From NCBI GenBank assembly GCA_024137785.1, contig JAHRHZ010000035.1, positions 15,092,856 through 15,156,855 of the forward strand: a DNA stretch of 64,000 nt, given 5' to 3'. This document shows, in pieces, positions 36,806 to 49,953 of this stretch (the stretch's first letter is position 1; each line of letters begins with the position of its first letter). Below the pieces are notes generated by a model. That model saw nothing but the letters and a program-made list of their open reading frames with translations, did no database searches and was not told where the DNA came from. This stretch comes from Ginglymostoma cirratum (taxonomy: Eukaryota). The position numbers were made by a program, and so were the translations under genes.

Positions 36806-38699
36806 AAAGTAGTTTTTAATCAAAAGCACCTTTAGTCTATTCATTACAGTAACTATCTTAAAAGATGATAATTTGTCTTGTCATCTATTCAGCTATGAAT
36901 TGGAAGTTCTAATTTCTTTCAACCTTTGAGTAAAGATTTCAAGGCAATTGTAATGATTTGATGCAGCTCCTTAATAATTGGAGAGTGGGTAAGAAAGTTG
37001 AAAAATTACTCAATCTTGAATTTGCTTGAATATGCAATTTTCTTTCATAACTGCTTTCTTTTTTGAACAAACTGTGTCGTATTGCATTTTTTTAAAAAAG
37101 GCTACAGGGCAGAAAATGGTGTGGGTTGCATCTGGTCGTCAGCAGCAAGCTTCCAGCTGTGTATTCAAGCCCCCTGTCGTGGCTGTCAGGTCCAATTTTT
37201 GAATGGTGGCCAGGAACTGGTGTTTAGCACTTCACTAAAAATGCAGGGGGCCCAAGTGCTGTTTTCAAATACCCCTCAGGGAAATTTCTTTCCGGTAAGT
37301 AGAGCAATGTTGAATGGACATCTGCCTCAGGAGTGGTACACCTCTTGGTTATGCACCTGAAAAGAACCTGCCCCCAACCCTTTGGGCCTGCACAAGACAT
37401 TTCATAAAACATGATGAAGGAAAGCTATGCACTTCAGTGTGAAACGCTTTGACACAGTGCCCCCATGTGTGCCTGGATGCTCCTTAAATCAATTGCCACA
37501 GTTTTTGAGTGTCTTGCCATAGACACAGTTTTCTTAAGTGTCTATGTGACATTGATTCCCACATAATGCTGTTACTATGCAATAATGACCTATACGGCAA
37601 ATATTTTTAGGTACTTGATACACTTTTACAACCAGAACATGAGATCCAACAGCTGTGGTGCCAAAGATATGTTACCATAATCTGCCAAACTGTATTTCAC
37701 ATCTCTTTGTGTTTCGCAATCTTTTATTAGGCTGCTTTCATTGGAATGAAGTGACTAACCTCTGTGGCACTATTTTTATGGTTTCATCCATAATAAGTGT
37801 AAGGCAATTCTGAAACCTGATGTGATTCTACCAAAGGTCGTCAGTTTGCCTTTTTTTCCTCTAATCATCTGAATGCAGGAGTTTCAATTTTTTTAAAAAT
37901 TGTGATTGGCAACATAGACAAACATTTGAGGAAGGAAAATAACATTTTTTTGATACAGGCAAAAACATCTTCTTGAAGACATATTACACAAGATGAGTGT
38001 TGGGAATTAATTAACATCTAAAATGTTAAATTTTATTTCAAAATAAAATCAGGACCCTTATTTGAAAAGTTGGTGTTGGGTTTTATTCACAATGTTAACG
38101 AAATTAAATGACTCTCAAACATTTGCTCAATGCAAACTATACCCAAGCTGATAAGTGGGAGGGGGCTGTTACACACTAGTGAGTAAGAATTACTAAGAAT
38201 TGACTTTCTGTAAGAATTCCTGTTCATGGACAAGTCTTCCACTTGTTTGATGTGACAAAACACTTGGGAACATGAACACATTGGTGCAGAACTCTATGTT
38301 TCAAATTTATGAATACAGTCCCCTGATAATATTGCTGAATTGTGTTTTTTCATTGTTAAAAGAAGGTAGTGCATTGTTCCATGTGAAGTTCCTCCAGAAG
38401 AACAGGAATCAGTGGGCTATTTAATTTTTCCCCAAAGCCAACAAACAATATTCAAGTATGCTTCCAAAGCTGGACCTTAAAGATAAAGAGAAAGCTGTCA
38501 TAATAGCAAAAATCCCAGGAAATATAAAAAGCAAAAGCAAAAAGCAAGAATGCCTGGCATAACTTCAAGCCACAATAGACAGAGAGTGTCTCGAGCAAAA
38601 ACAACTTGTCACGCACATCTGGTTGGATTGTCCTGTTCTAGAGGAAAAACACAGGCAGCTGAAAAATACTGGTGCAAACAATTCTATTATTAACCTCTC

Positions 38700-39385
38700 A
38701 AAAACAACAACAACTTGTATTTATATAGCACTTTTAACAGAGTACAACATCTCAAGGTGTTTCACGGGATACTAAGCAAAACCTGACATGGAGACACATA
38801 CAAATGACCAAAAAGCCTAGTCAAAGAAATAGATTTTAAAGATCTCCACAGAGGAGGAATGAGAGGTACAGAGTCAGAGAAAATAAATCCATAGCTCAAG
38901 GTCTAAGCATTGGTGTAGCAATTACACTTTGAGATGTTGTAGAGGCCATAATATCCCAGAGGGTAGTGAGAATGGAAGAGGTTACAAAGATTGGAAGAAG
39001 TGAGGCCATGGGTGGATTTGAATACAAGGATGAGGATGTTAAAATTGAGGCATTGCTTAACTGCGAGCCAATGTAGACAAACATTCATGACATGGATGAA
39101 TGGGATTAGATACAAGTTAAGACATGAGCAGGAGTTTTGGATGACTTCAAGGAGACAGAGGGTAGAATCTGGGAGGTCAGGCAGGCTTGCCCTGGAAGAA
39201 GTAACACAGGCATGGGAGAGCTGAGACAGAGATGGAAAGGAGTGATATTCAGAAGTAACAATAGACAACCCCTGTGATGGCATTGTCAGCTAATCAAAAG
39301 CTTATTTGGTACTCAAATGCCATGCTGAGGTTACAAATAACCTTATTGCAGACTCAGAAATTTTCAAGGGAAGGCACAAAGTTAT
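38700..39385 (-). mobile_element. L2-type LINE 3' fragment
   Basis: aacaacaacaacttgtatttatatagcactttt tail. ORF 38903..39283 contains LHWLAVKQCLNFNILILVFKSTHGL. Confidence 0.8.
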
Positions 39386-39391
39386 TTGCTG

Positions 39392-39470
39392 TAGAAAATA
39401 AAATATACTGGAAATCACAGTGGGTCAGGCAGCATCCATGGAGAGAACAAGCTAACATTTCAAGTCTAGA
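39392..39470 (-). mobile_element. Decayed single arm of a subfamily B-like Penelope element
   Basis: ctggaaatcacagtgggtcaggcagcatccatggagagaacaagctaacatttc. Confidence 0.5.
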
Positions 39471-40172
39471 TGAATATAGATTGGCGATAGTCTTTTTAAT
39501 TGAACAAGTTTTCTTTAAAAAGAAAATCTTTGTGCCACACTCTAGGTCTATGTAGAACAAGAGGCTCATCCACCACAGTAACAGCAATAAATTCAGACAT
39601 TGCTGAATCTTTCAGTAGATCATATTTCTATACCATGGCAACATCACAGAGACTGAAACTCAACAACTCAGGCTGAAATCAGGAGGAAGCAATACATCCT
39701 TCATTTGAACAGACGAGGCTAGTTCACAGTGTATCAAATTTGAATATATTTTGACAGCTGAATTATTTTATTAAATTAAATCAAATTCCAGCAGCTATTG
39801 CAGATATTGTCCACAATGATTGGCAACAAAAATGAAGATTAATATTGCACTGAATCACGCCACCATTAGCGTCATACTATGTAACAGCTGTCAAAAACAT
39901 TTGCAATTCAATCACAGTGTGAGATGAATGAGTAAATTTCACCTAATGCAACAAGTGGCTTCTGAGCTGGGCTAAGGTCACTTACCTAACCCTGCCTATT
40001 CTGACTAGCAAGGGTCCCTAACGTCTGTTTTAAATAATGTTCACGGGTATCTGAAGATTATCTGAAGCCACAGTGGTTACCACAGTATACAAGTGGGAAT
40101 ATTCAAACCTCAAGTGACATTTCAAGAATGTGAAGAGGCTAACTGGATTAAGCAACATCGAATCTACTAACC

Positions 40173-40348
40173 TACATCTCTTCTGAGAAGTTAGAGGAGG
40201 ACATCATAAGGGGGTGCTGCCTTAAAATGTAATACAAACAACGGAGAAGTATAAAATTTATGCAAAACCAAATGCAGCAACATTCAGCAAAGAAATCTGT
40301 TCACTGGATTATTGGAGGCAGGTAGCACAGAAAAGAATACCTGCCTTG
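40173..40348 (+). repeat. ~175-bp direct repeat, copy 1
   Basis: Aligns end to end with 42258-42432. Confidence 0.9.
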
Positions 40349-40455
40349 GTGTATCTGTGATAGAAATCTATTGCTCAACTTTGTTACCTTCTGTGTATCA
40401 GGAGAGGTGCTTAGGGTAACGGGCAAAGTTCAGCTAGGTCAGTTAAGATTAAACT

Positions 40456-40800
40456 TAGAGTCATAGAATCCCTACAGTCCAGAAAGAGGTCATTTGATCC
40501 ATATGTCTCCAACCACCCTCTTTAGAGCACCCCACCCGACCCCTACCTTATTCCTGCATCCCTGCATTTAGCATCGCCAATCGACCTAGCTTCCCCATCC
40601 CTGGACACTACAGAATAATTTAACATGGCCAATCCATCTAACCTGCATATCTTTGGACTCTGGGAGGAAACCAGAGCACCAGGAGGAAACCCACACAGAC
40701 ACAGGGGAGAATGTGCAAACTCCACACAGACAGTCGCCTGAGGCTGGAATCGAACTCGGGTCCCTAACAATGTGGAACAGCAGTACTAGTCACTGAACCA
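40456..40800 (-). mobile_element. HE1-type V-SINE
   Basis: Reverse-complement homolog of 999-1357. Confidence 0.85.
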
Positions 40801-42257
40801 AAAACTTCAATTCCAAAAACATTTTGGAATTTTGTGGGGAGCTGACCTCTGACCAGCTTATGACTTATTTTAGCCTGTAACTGTGGTCTAAAATGAGCAA
40901 TAGCAGAGCAGCCACCAGCTGTGTGTCTATGGCTGCTCCAGCCCGCTGCACTTCCAATCTGCTACACAGTCCTGTCTGCTGCTCAATGTACGAACACACC
41001 TCTAGGTGTCCTGCCACTCTAACCATGCACCTTTGCTCAATGTTCACATCCATCCTTTACAATAACTCCCCATTCCCACCAACTTTGCTTTGGCCATAGA
41101 CTCAGCAGTGAGATTTGCTTCGAACAACTATTGCAGCAGAATCCTAAACCAGTTCTAAAACATTGTCTACAACATCACAAATGCATAGCAACTAGAGATA
41201 ACCATAATTCACTGTGAGTTTTCTATCCACTATCATGTATTACAGATCATCTATTGGTTACTAAAATTGACAGGATTCTAGAGCTCATTCTCTGTTTAGA
41301 ACAGTGGGAAATAACCAGTTACAAACTACAAACCTATTTCTAGAATTGAGTGCCTTCAGCAAGGTAAATTTGTACACATTTATATATTTAGCATGGTAAC
41401 ATGCAGCTCAAAATACTGATTTATTGTTGTCAGATTCCAAGATTGATTCAGAACTTTAAACCAACATAGAATATCACTTCTAATGAGTTATCCCAGTGTT
41501 GCTGCTGCTCCTCAATACATCCACTTCAGACACAATGATGTTTCAATCTCATGCAGTAGTAGTCAGAAACAGTTGTCATTTCCAGTGACAGAAACATAGA
41601 GCTCAGTACTACAATAAAATGGTACTGGTCTCCAACCATGGGCATTTGGAAATGACTGCAGGGTGGTTGTGCTATACAGCTCATTACAGTCAGAAGTATT
41701 CATGCACCTGTCTGAGAAACTAGACACACAGCATGACAACTAGTAGATTCTCTTTAGAAGATAAGATACTCTTCTTGATCAAAACACGGGAAGTGGCCCG
41801 CAGCCTGAGGATGAACACAGCAGGTGCAGATGTCATCCTCTGCAGTGATTCAAGCTGAGCTCTTCTGCTAATTGATTAGAACCCCACACTGTCAATTTTG
41901 TGATAATGCATTGTGATTGCAAAAATGAAATTAAATTCCCAATTCCAAGCACACAAAAATGTATGTCTTAGTCTGTGGCAAACAGAAGCAAAACTTCTAA
42001 TTCTGCAGTTTTGATCAGAACATATAATACTTATCATACTTTCAGAATTGTGTCATTTTCAATAGATAACATGGAGTTGTCACTTTGTATAGGGATTCTA
42101 ATCCAAGTCTCTCTGATTTTTGTCTTCAAGCATGCATTAAAGAGATAGATCATAAATCCTCTCCCAAGGTTGGTCTGTTCGTTAATAGGATGTTGCATTC
42201 ATTCGTACTTATTTCCATAAACTACTCCAGTGGCAGTAATTGAAATGCTCATGAAAT

Positions 42258-42432
42258 TACATCTTTTCTGAGAAGTTAGCACAGGACATCATGAGGGGTT
42301 GCTGCCTTAAAATGTAATACAATGGAGAAGTATAAAATTTGTGCAAAACCAAATGCAGCATCATTCAGCAAAGAAATCTGTTCACTGGGTTATCGGAGGC
42401 AGGTAACACAGAAGAGAATACCAATTGCCTTG
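42258..42432 (+). repeat. ~175-bp direct repeat, copy 2
   Basis: Aligns end to end with 40173-40348. Confidence 0.9.
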
Positions 42433-42829
42433 ATGTTATAATATAATGAGTTAGGGATTATTACATTAAAATCATCAGTGGAGACCAATCACATGCTACT
42501 GGAACCTGAGAGGAAGGTTCGAATGAAGTCTTGCAACAGTCTGCATTGTAAACAGTGTAAGTATTGATAAGTGTTTCTTAGTTTATAACAGCATGGCTTC
42601 CAGCTCTCTTTTATCAAATATACCCCAGTCATGCTATTAATGCATGGTGGAGGCAGTTCAGAACTGCTTTCTAAAGGATCACCATCACCACTGAGCATGG
42701 TAGGAAAGCTGGAAAATAATCAGAATTTGTAGGTCAGACTTTCGAAATGACTGTAGCAGCAAACAAATGGCAATTTTTTAAGGGAGTCCCACTGCAGCTG
42801 AAAGTAGGTCACAGAGATACAGAGAAAAC

Positions 42830-43570
42830 TTCCACCCTCCAAAGCTCTTGGACCATGCAGAAGACCTTGTTCAGGGTCTGGTGAGGATCAGCTGGCATTG
42901 CCACTTCAATTGTTACCACACCATCTCCAGCCTCATCGAGAAACCAAACAGGTACCAGGGCATTGTGCTATTATACACCAGTGCCAACATTATTATGGTC
43001 AGACGGGGGAACATTGAAGAAACTAGGAGATATCAAGAAGTCTTAAAACTTTTTGGGTCTACCTTTAATTTGTGACCTAACAATATAATACACAGGACAA
43101 AATTCAACAACACAGCCACAAACCAAGAGAAAATACTGACCCCTTTATAAAACAATTTGGACCATCTTGCAGATTACAGCAAGCGTGAGACACTGAAAGA
43201 GGAGGTCAAACCAGACTACATCTATACCGTTGGTGCTAGATAAAGTTTTATCGGAATTCCTGCAATCCAAAGAAGAACTTATATTGGTCAAAGCAATGCA
43301 GTTAGCTGAACTTGGAGGCAAAACAAGCCATCCATCTGGGAAGACCGGAGGCTTCCTAGAGCCAGACTACCAGTTCATTAATCAGAGAGCTGCCAACGTG
43401 TCAGCAAGAAAATGTAGGCAGTTTAAAGAAAAACATTAAAACCAGATGATCCTAAAGAACAAGATACGTTCCTCCTAGGGAAAGTGGTACACTCGCAAGT
43501 ACACAGAGGTGACGGCAAATGGCATATTTTAAATTTGATGGAGGATAATCCGAGACCACGCCATGGCTAA
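42830..43570 (+). mobile_element. Frameshifted Gypsy-type LTR retrotransposon gag remnant
   Basis: Fragments SSLIEKP..QGIVLLY, YQEVLKLF, RTKFN, LKEE and VLDKVLSEFLQSKEELILVKAMQL follow the order of Gypsy capsid motifs as recalled. Confidence 0.6.
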
Positions 43571-45521
43571 TACCTGAATTTCTCTAGTTTCCCTGTATGT
43601 CATTCTGAATCACCATTGTTCTTTATTAAGGATTAATAAAGAGGATTATTAAGGAGAAGGATTGTGTGAATTTGAGTCTTTTTTTGTTTGTCAGTTGCAG
43701 TAGAAATTCAGGTAGTTTCAAAGCACCATGGATCAGACTTCCTTGAAGAAACTCCATCCTTTCATTTCTCTTTCAGGAGAGACTAGAAGAAGTGGGAATG
43801 TACAGCACTGAAAATGAACACAACCAGCTCTAAAACGATGTTCTCGTCCTGAGTTGCTATTTCAGGAAACAGCAGGAGAGGGTAATCAATCAAATGCCAC
43901 CGTTATCAAAGATTTGTTGCAGAAAACGGTCCCAAACCTTGCTTTATCCTTTGAAGGCTGTGTACGTAATGTCAGTCCTTCTGTCTCTTCTGACAGCAAT
44001 CAGCATTGTTTACGCGAAAGTGAAAAAGATTCAAATAAGTCAGTTCATTCAGCTGAACTCACCAATGACATGTGCCAACTTCAGCTTGATGCATCAACTG
44101 CTTTATATGGAGCACTGAAAGTAGAAGATCTTTTCATTGGCACGATCCAGTCTGAAGATCAAAAAAGCCATGGAGGATCTTATTACAAATTGTAGTAATG
44201 CCATATATGCGTACAGAGGCTAGTAATTACTCGAAGACTTCAAGAGATCCTTCACTGCTGATGTTGGTAACAACATATTTCCTGCTGAGGTTTCAGGGGT
44301 GATACTGCCTAATGAGAAGGAGACTCACACTGAAGACAATGTGCAAGAAAAATCACTACCTACAAAAAAAGACATTCCTACAGTATCACCAAGAAAATAA
44401 ATTCTTTTTCAGGGTATTCTTCCTTCTTCTCCTCATTCATCTAATTTCTTCATGGATGAACCATCACTCCAGGCTTTATGTTTTATTTTGCAGTGGTAGA
44501 AAATATAGCCAGGAAAGTTCTCACAGGAGTTGATTGAGATTCATTCTTTCAAGTAGGTGCATCTAACAGCGTATCCTTTTACCCAGTGTGCTAGAAGAAG
44601 CAAGAAGGAAGGAAGCAGAGAAGATGAAAACCTCCATCCATCATCTGTCTAAAGTGATTAAGAAGCAGAACTCTTCCAAAGAGAATGGATAGGTTCATCC
44701 TGCATACCCTCTAAGAGAGCCAAGTTGAAGATTTATCCCTATGGCAAAGAGATTTGGGTTTGGGAGCTTAGTTTATGGCTCGAACGAACCACTTCAGGAC
44801 GTGTAGTACACTGAGATAATAGATTTTATGCAAATTGTTAATGCACCATCAGTAATATGAAATCGCAAGTTGCCGGAGCCTGAGAGTGAAAGTTTCGGAT
44901 GAAGTCCTACAACAGTCTACCATGTAAAAAGTGTAAAAAGCTGATTATCATTTATCATTTATCCTTGGTTTCCAGCTCTATTCTATCAAAGATGTGAAGG
45001 CTCCAATCAACCAATTAATGCAAATTTCAACAAACAAATGTGAAGTCATTCTATGCAAGTGGATTACCATCTAAAATATTTGGCCATTTTAAAATTATTA
45101 TTACTAGTGCTTATAGTGACAGACATCTCTGGACACAGAGGAAACTTATTCTAGCCAGACTTATTTACATGCAAATATTTGCATCAGATAGGTTAAAGTA
45201 AGTCTTTGTTACGATCCCAACTATGGGGTAGATTAAATTGCTTGCAAAATATGGCTTTTGAGGAAGTGATAAACAATATGGATACAGAGACCACTGAATG
45301 TGCAGTACTTAGAATTCCAGAAGGTTGTGTGCAGCCACATCCATAAACTGGACACCCTTCGAATTCTCCTGGCTGAAAGGCTAATTACTGCATTCAGTTC
45401 AAACAGCACAAAATGGAGAGAATATAGTTTTTGTGACATATCAATTGAATTTCTGCGACATGTTACTTTGCATTCCAAATAAATTCACAAGCAAATTTGT
45501 TTTGTCAGAGTGCTTTCTACT

Positions 45522-45765
45522 TTAATAAAATCAAAATACAGGGGATGCTGAAAATCTGAAACAATCACCGGAAATGCTGGAGAAACTCAGCAGGTCAGGC
45601 AGCGTCTGTGGAGAAACAGAGTTAACGTTTCAAATCCAGTATGAACGACTAAAGAAGAGTCATAAAGAAGAGGCATACTAGGCTGAAAATTTTAGCTCTG
45701 TTTCTCTCTCAACAGATACAGCCAGATCCACTAAATTTTTCCAACATTTTGATTGTTTTGCATTT
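45522..45765 (-). mobile_element. Older palindromic Penelope-like element, subfamily B-like
   Basis: Tail aaatacaggggatgctg, arms gagaaacagagtta / tagctctgtttctc, and a duplicated central aaagaagag. Confidence 0.7.
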
Positions 45766-46074
45766 ATACTTTAGTTGATAGCCCAAGTTTCGTCACTGTA
45801 GTTTGGCTCTGATTTTAGTTTGTTGGCTCTTGCCCCACTGAAGGACTTTGTGTATACTTGCATGAGGGAAGTGAATCCCAACAATCCAGGTTTAGGTACG
45901 GAACACCATCAGCTCAGAACTCAATAGTCATCATAGTGTGCTCTCAATAGAACAGAAATTGTAATTCTTTTTTTTTTAAACGTTGACAGAAGAAATCTTT
46001 ATTTAATTTTCAAAGGTCTAATATTTTTCTGAAATTTTTATTTTGAAACAAGACATCATATGTAAATGTGATTT

Positions 46075-46160
46075 ATAGGTGTCATCTTTCAGATGAGGTG
46101 TTAATCTGAAATCCTTCCTGTTCTCTCAGGTGGAAGTAAAACTTCCCAACGCATTATGCA
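46075..46160 (+). mobile_element. Deu-domain SINE remnant (AmnSINE1/SacSINE1 superfamily)
   Basis: gtgtcatctttcagatgaggtgttaa...ctctcaggtggaagtaaaacttccca matches the Deu core as recalled. Confidence 0.6.
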
Positions 46161-46619
46161 ATGAACTTTGTTATCTAAGATCAGTTCATGTTCTGTTGAT
46201 ACTTCATGGTGGCACATCCCCTACCACTAATGACTAGGTAGGCCCAAGGTAAAGCAAAGATAAAGGAGGATTGATGGCAACAAAGAACTTCAAACAACCC
46301 TTGAATACCTTTTACTAGTCAAGATAGGGGAAAAAAACCACAAGGCCAGGAGAGGTCATCCAGCAAAATACCATAGCTTTCACGTATTCTTGGACATGCT
46401 GAAGTTGTGAAATGCACCACAAATGTAAGTTCTTTGTCTCCATGTCAAACTAGCCAGCAACACTTTCAAAGGGACCCCGACAAAAATCTATTCTTAATAT
46501 ATAATAAAGACCTAATATTAAATCACCAAGGAATTAATTCAGTGGTTCCCAATTGAATTGAGGTGGGTATGAATGTGGACGAGGAAGCAGAAACTCAATT
46601 TTTTTTTTTTGGATTTTGC

Positions 46620-46940
46620 TAACAATTCTGCCACTTTCCAAACCCACAAACATTACCATTTAGAAGTACAAGGGGATCAAATACATCAGAACAGCACCAA
46701 CTGCAAATTCTCCTCAAAGCCACTCACTATCCTGACTTGGAAACATTTTGCTATTCCTTCAATGTTGCTGGGTCAAAATTCTGGTACTTCCTCCCTAGCA
46801 GTATTGTGGGTTTACTTACAACAAATGGACTGCAGCAATTCATGAAGACCCAACTCACCCTACCTTCTCAGGGATAACTGGGGTGGCAAATAAATACTGG
46901 CTCAGCCAATGATTCCCAAACCTCGTGAATGAATAAAAGA
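46620..46940 (+). mobile_element. CR1-clade LINE 3' end (same family as 30295-31441)
   Basis: ttccaaaccca...ccactcactatcctgacttgg...aataaatactggctcagcca...gtgaatgaataaaa. Confidence 0.75.
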
Positions 46941-47554
46941 AGTCTCTCTGTCACTTCCAATAATAGTACAGACAATACTGATGAAGTAGCCATGGCAATA
47001 GAGATTTTAATCTGTGATGAATGGCTTTATATATAACTGTGTTAAACCATAAAGATTAATGCGACATTTCAACTGTGCAACTGCCCTTTAATATCCTGTT
47101 GAGACGATCCAAAAATTGAGATTCTATCACAGTGAGTCAATGAAAATGCCATTTTTTTAAGAAACATGCCATCACATTATTCATTTTAAAAACTCATTAT
47201 TAAATCAGATAATTTAGTTCCTTCATAGATCAGTTATCTTTTCTTCACTGGTTCAATTATCAATGTCATCTGTTGAGTAAATGATGCAACAAAATTTGCC
47301 AACTACTGTTTAACGTGTCTTGAATACACAGCAAAATCACTTCCAATTCATCTTGCCTGACCTTGTCCTCTCATTAGCCCACATCTGCACTCAGTGTTAG
47401 AGATTCTCTAGGCCTAATTGTGAAGCATACTCTGACGCCAAAGTACTTTGGAAAAACGTTGTTATTGTTTCATGCACAGACGTATTTCTCCACTCAAAAA
47501 TACAGTCAGCCTCTACCAGCTGGCTCCATAGAAACCTATTTGGATGTGTTTTGA

Positions 47555-47978
47555 CCTTCCTCTGGAGCAGGTGGGATTGGAACCAAACCTTTGTGGGTTA
47601 GATATAGGGTAACTACAACTGTACATTAGCCACGCCTAGGTGGTTACTTTAATCAACCACCCGGGGCAGACGGAAATTTGAATCTGGATCTTCAAGCCCA
47701 AAGGTAGGGATACTACCACTGTGCCGCAGCAGCTCCCTATACACGCTAGTAGATATTTTTCATTAACCTGTTCAAATGTGCACAACACACACCTGGGGCA
47801 GCTGGGACTTGAACCCAAGCCTTCTGGCCTCCCAAGAGCCCTCCCCCACCAAACATCTTAGAATTAGATATTCTGAATCAACCTGCTCAGACATGCTGTG
47901 GCAAACCTCTGGAGCAGGTGGAACATGAACCCAGCCCTTCAGACTCAGAGGTAGGGATCTTACCACTGCACTACAACA
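47555..47978 (-). repeat. Tandem array of ~4 tRNA-derived units
   Basis: Repeated ggagcaggtgggattggaacc / ggggcagctgggacttgaaccc / ggagcaggtggaacatgaaccc and ggtagggat..taccactg. Confidence 0.7.
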
Positions 47979-49762
47979 GTTCCAATAAATGAACCATATG
48001 ACTCTGAATGAATAGATCAACTTAAGGCCCAATCGTTTGTTAAACACTGCATCTTCAGATTAAAAGTGTGACGTTCCATCGACTGTGCCATGCAAGCTTA
48101 GTTATAATTAAGTAATCAATACCCAACACCAGGAAAGAAGAAACAAATGGCATAAAAGGACTAATCTGTTCAGAACTTTTCCTGTGTCATATTCTCAGTT
48201 CTAGTTACAGCGTGCAGTTGCATTGCAATTTCAGCAGTTTCTGCACCATAGTGCAGAACAACTCGAGTCAGTGATGTGAGCCACATTGGGGCTGCTAAGT
48301 GACGAATGCTTGAGGAAAGCTGTGACACTCTCGGGCCTGAAGCCTCAATGCAATATAACTTATACACAATGCCGAAACTTGTCAAATTAGAACTCTCATG
48401 AACTTCTTGGTCCTCTTTTAAGCCTAGCCTTCCATGTCTAATGAACACAAACACTCCCCATCAGGCTGTTAAATCAACAAAACTGCAAATGCAGAAGGAG
48501 GAGATCTGCAAATGAGTTAAATGATTCAGTTTTACTCCTGGTCATCAGTTCTGCAGTTGAAACTGGAGAGTCTCAACTAGTCACCGTCAGGGAGAGAACA
48601 GATCTATTGCTGTCAGTCTCAGACTAGTGGCTATGGCATACTGTAAATGCGCTATCAGGATTCCAATGCTGCCATTAATGTGATTTAAGAGAAACTCATA
48701 CAGGTACCTCATGGATATGATATAATTTCTTTGCCCACTGCAATTTAACATTATCAAAACTTCCTCCCAGAAGGCAATCTTTTAAAAAGTGCAGTACACA
48801 ACAAAGCACATTAGTTTGCCACAGGCAACTCGAGGAAATTGGCACTCTATTGCTGAAAGCTCATTCGTGCCTGCCCAATCATATTAATCTTGCTAATAAA
48901 GCAAATAAATCAAGTGTACCTTCCACTTTTCCATTTAGAAAAGCTTACACCACAGTCTCTCATGAAAAATATCTTGCACTTAACTTTCTGTTCATTTTAA
49001 TGAGATCTATTCCTCACCATGTCATTATACATCAACTTGTAGAGAGATGTAACAATGTGAGTTACCCTAATACATTTTAAATATACTTTTATTAACTTAT
49101 ACAATGCACTGAATATTTACAAGCACCAAATGTCTAGCATACTTCCTCCTCTCCCTCTATGAGTGAGTCGCAAACCCACAGGATTCTACATTATCTACAC
49201 TCACTATTGTAATACACAGTCTTCCATCCCACCAGCTCTTTGTTCAACATGATATAACTGATTAGTCACATTGTTTTCTACCATCAGAGGCAGTATGAAA
49301 TATCAGTTCCAGGTTTTGAATCTCATTTTTCAGACATTCACTCTGTTGACTGCAGAAATATGTGACAAAACAAAACAACTGTGTCAACATATCTTACATA
49401 TCGCTCAATGCTTTCGGTGAGTATGATGTTAGCAAATTTCACGACATAGTCTTCCAATATTTCGGTTGGCATGTGCAATATGCATCCAGACTAAGAAACT
49501 TTATAAATTTTGTTTGTTATCATTTTGTCCTAGGTATGCCCTGTAAGTGCTAACTCTTGTTCCTTATCACCCTGGCAACCCTCGCGTAAATCAGCAAAAT
49601 GACTCATCTTTACGTCTGAGTCAAGACCGTGAATGACAGCTTCACACTTGATCCTAATCTCAACAAATTTTTGCTCTTCTCAGCAGATCATTGGATTATA
49701 TTCAGCAGTAAATGTATGGTTCACCAGGCCAGCCCTAGCTGAAACTAAGAGTATAATGCCTT

Positions 49763-49953
49763 ATAAAAACCAAAAGAATTGCAGATGCTGTAAATCAGGA
49801 ACAAAAACAAAGTTACTGGAAAAGCTCAGCAGGTCTGGCAGCATCTGTGGTGGAGAAAACAGAGTTAACGTTTCGGGTCCAGTTCTGAGGAAGGGCCACC
49901 GGACCCGAAACGTTAACTCTGTTTTCTCCTTCACAGATGCTGCCAGGCCTGCT
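49763..49953. mobile_element. Young palindromic Penelope-like element, subfamily B
   Basis: Near-identical to 32011-32249 in the opposite orientation. Perfect 14-bp TSD gagtataatgcctt at 49749-49762 and 49954-49967. Confidence 0.88.
49881..49918 (+). ncRNA. Minimal type I hammerhead ribozyme motif with 4-bp stem I
   Basis: AGUU-CUGAGGA-A-GGGCC(ACCG)GACCC-GAAAC-GUU-AACU. Stem I is AGUU/AACU, with one stem II mismatch. Confidence 0.72.

Noticed and set aside
43716-43740. REST/NRSE-like site (aagcaccatggatcag)
   Set aside because: Only a partial match to TTCAGCACCACGGACAG, with both half-sites altered.
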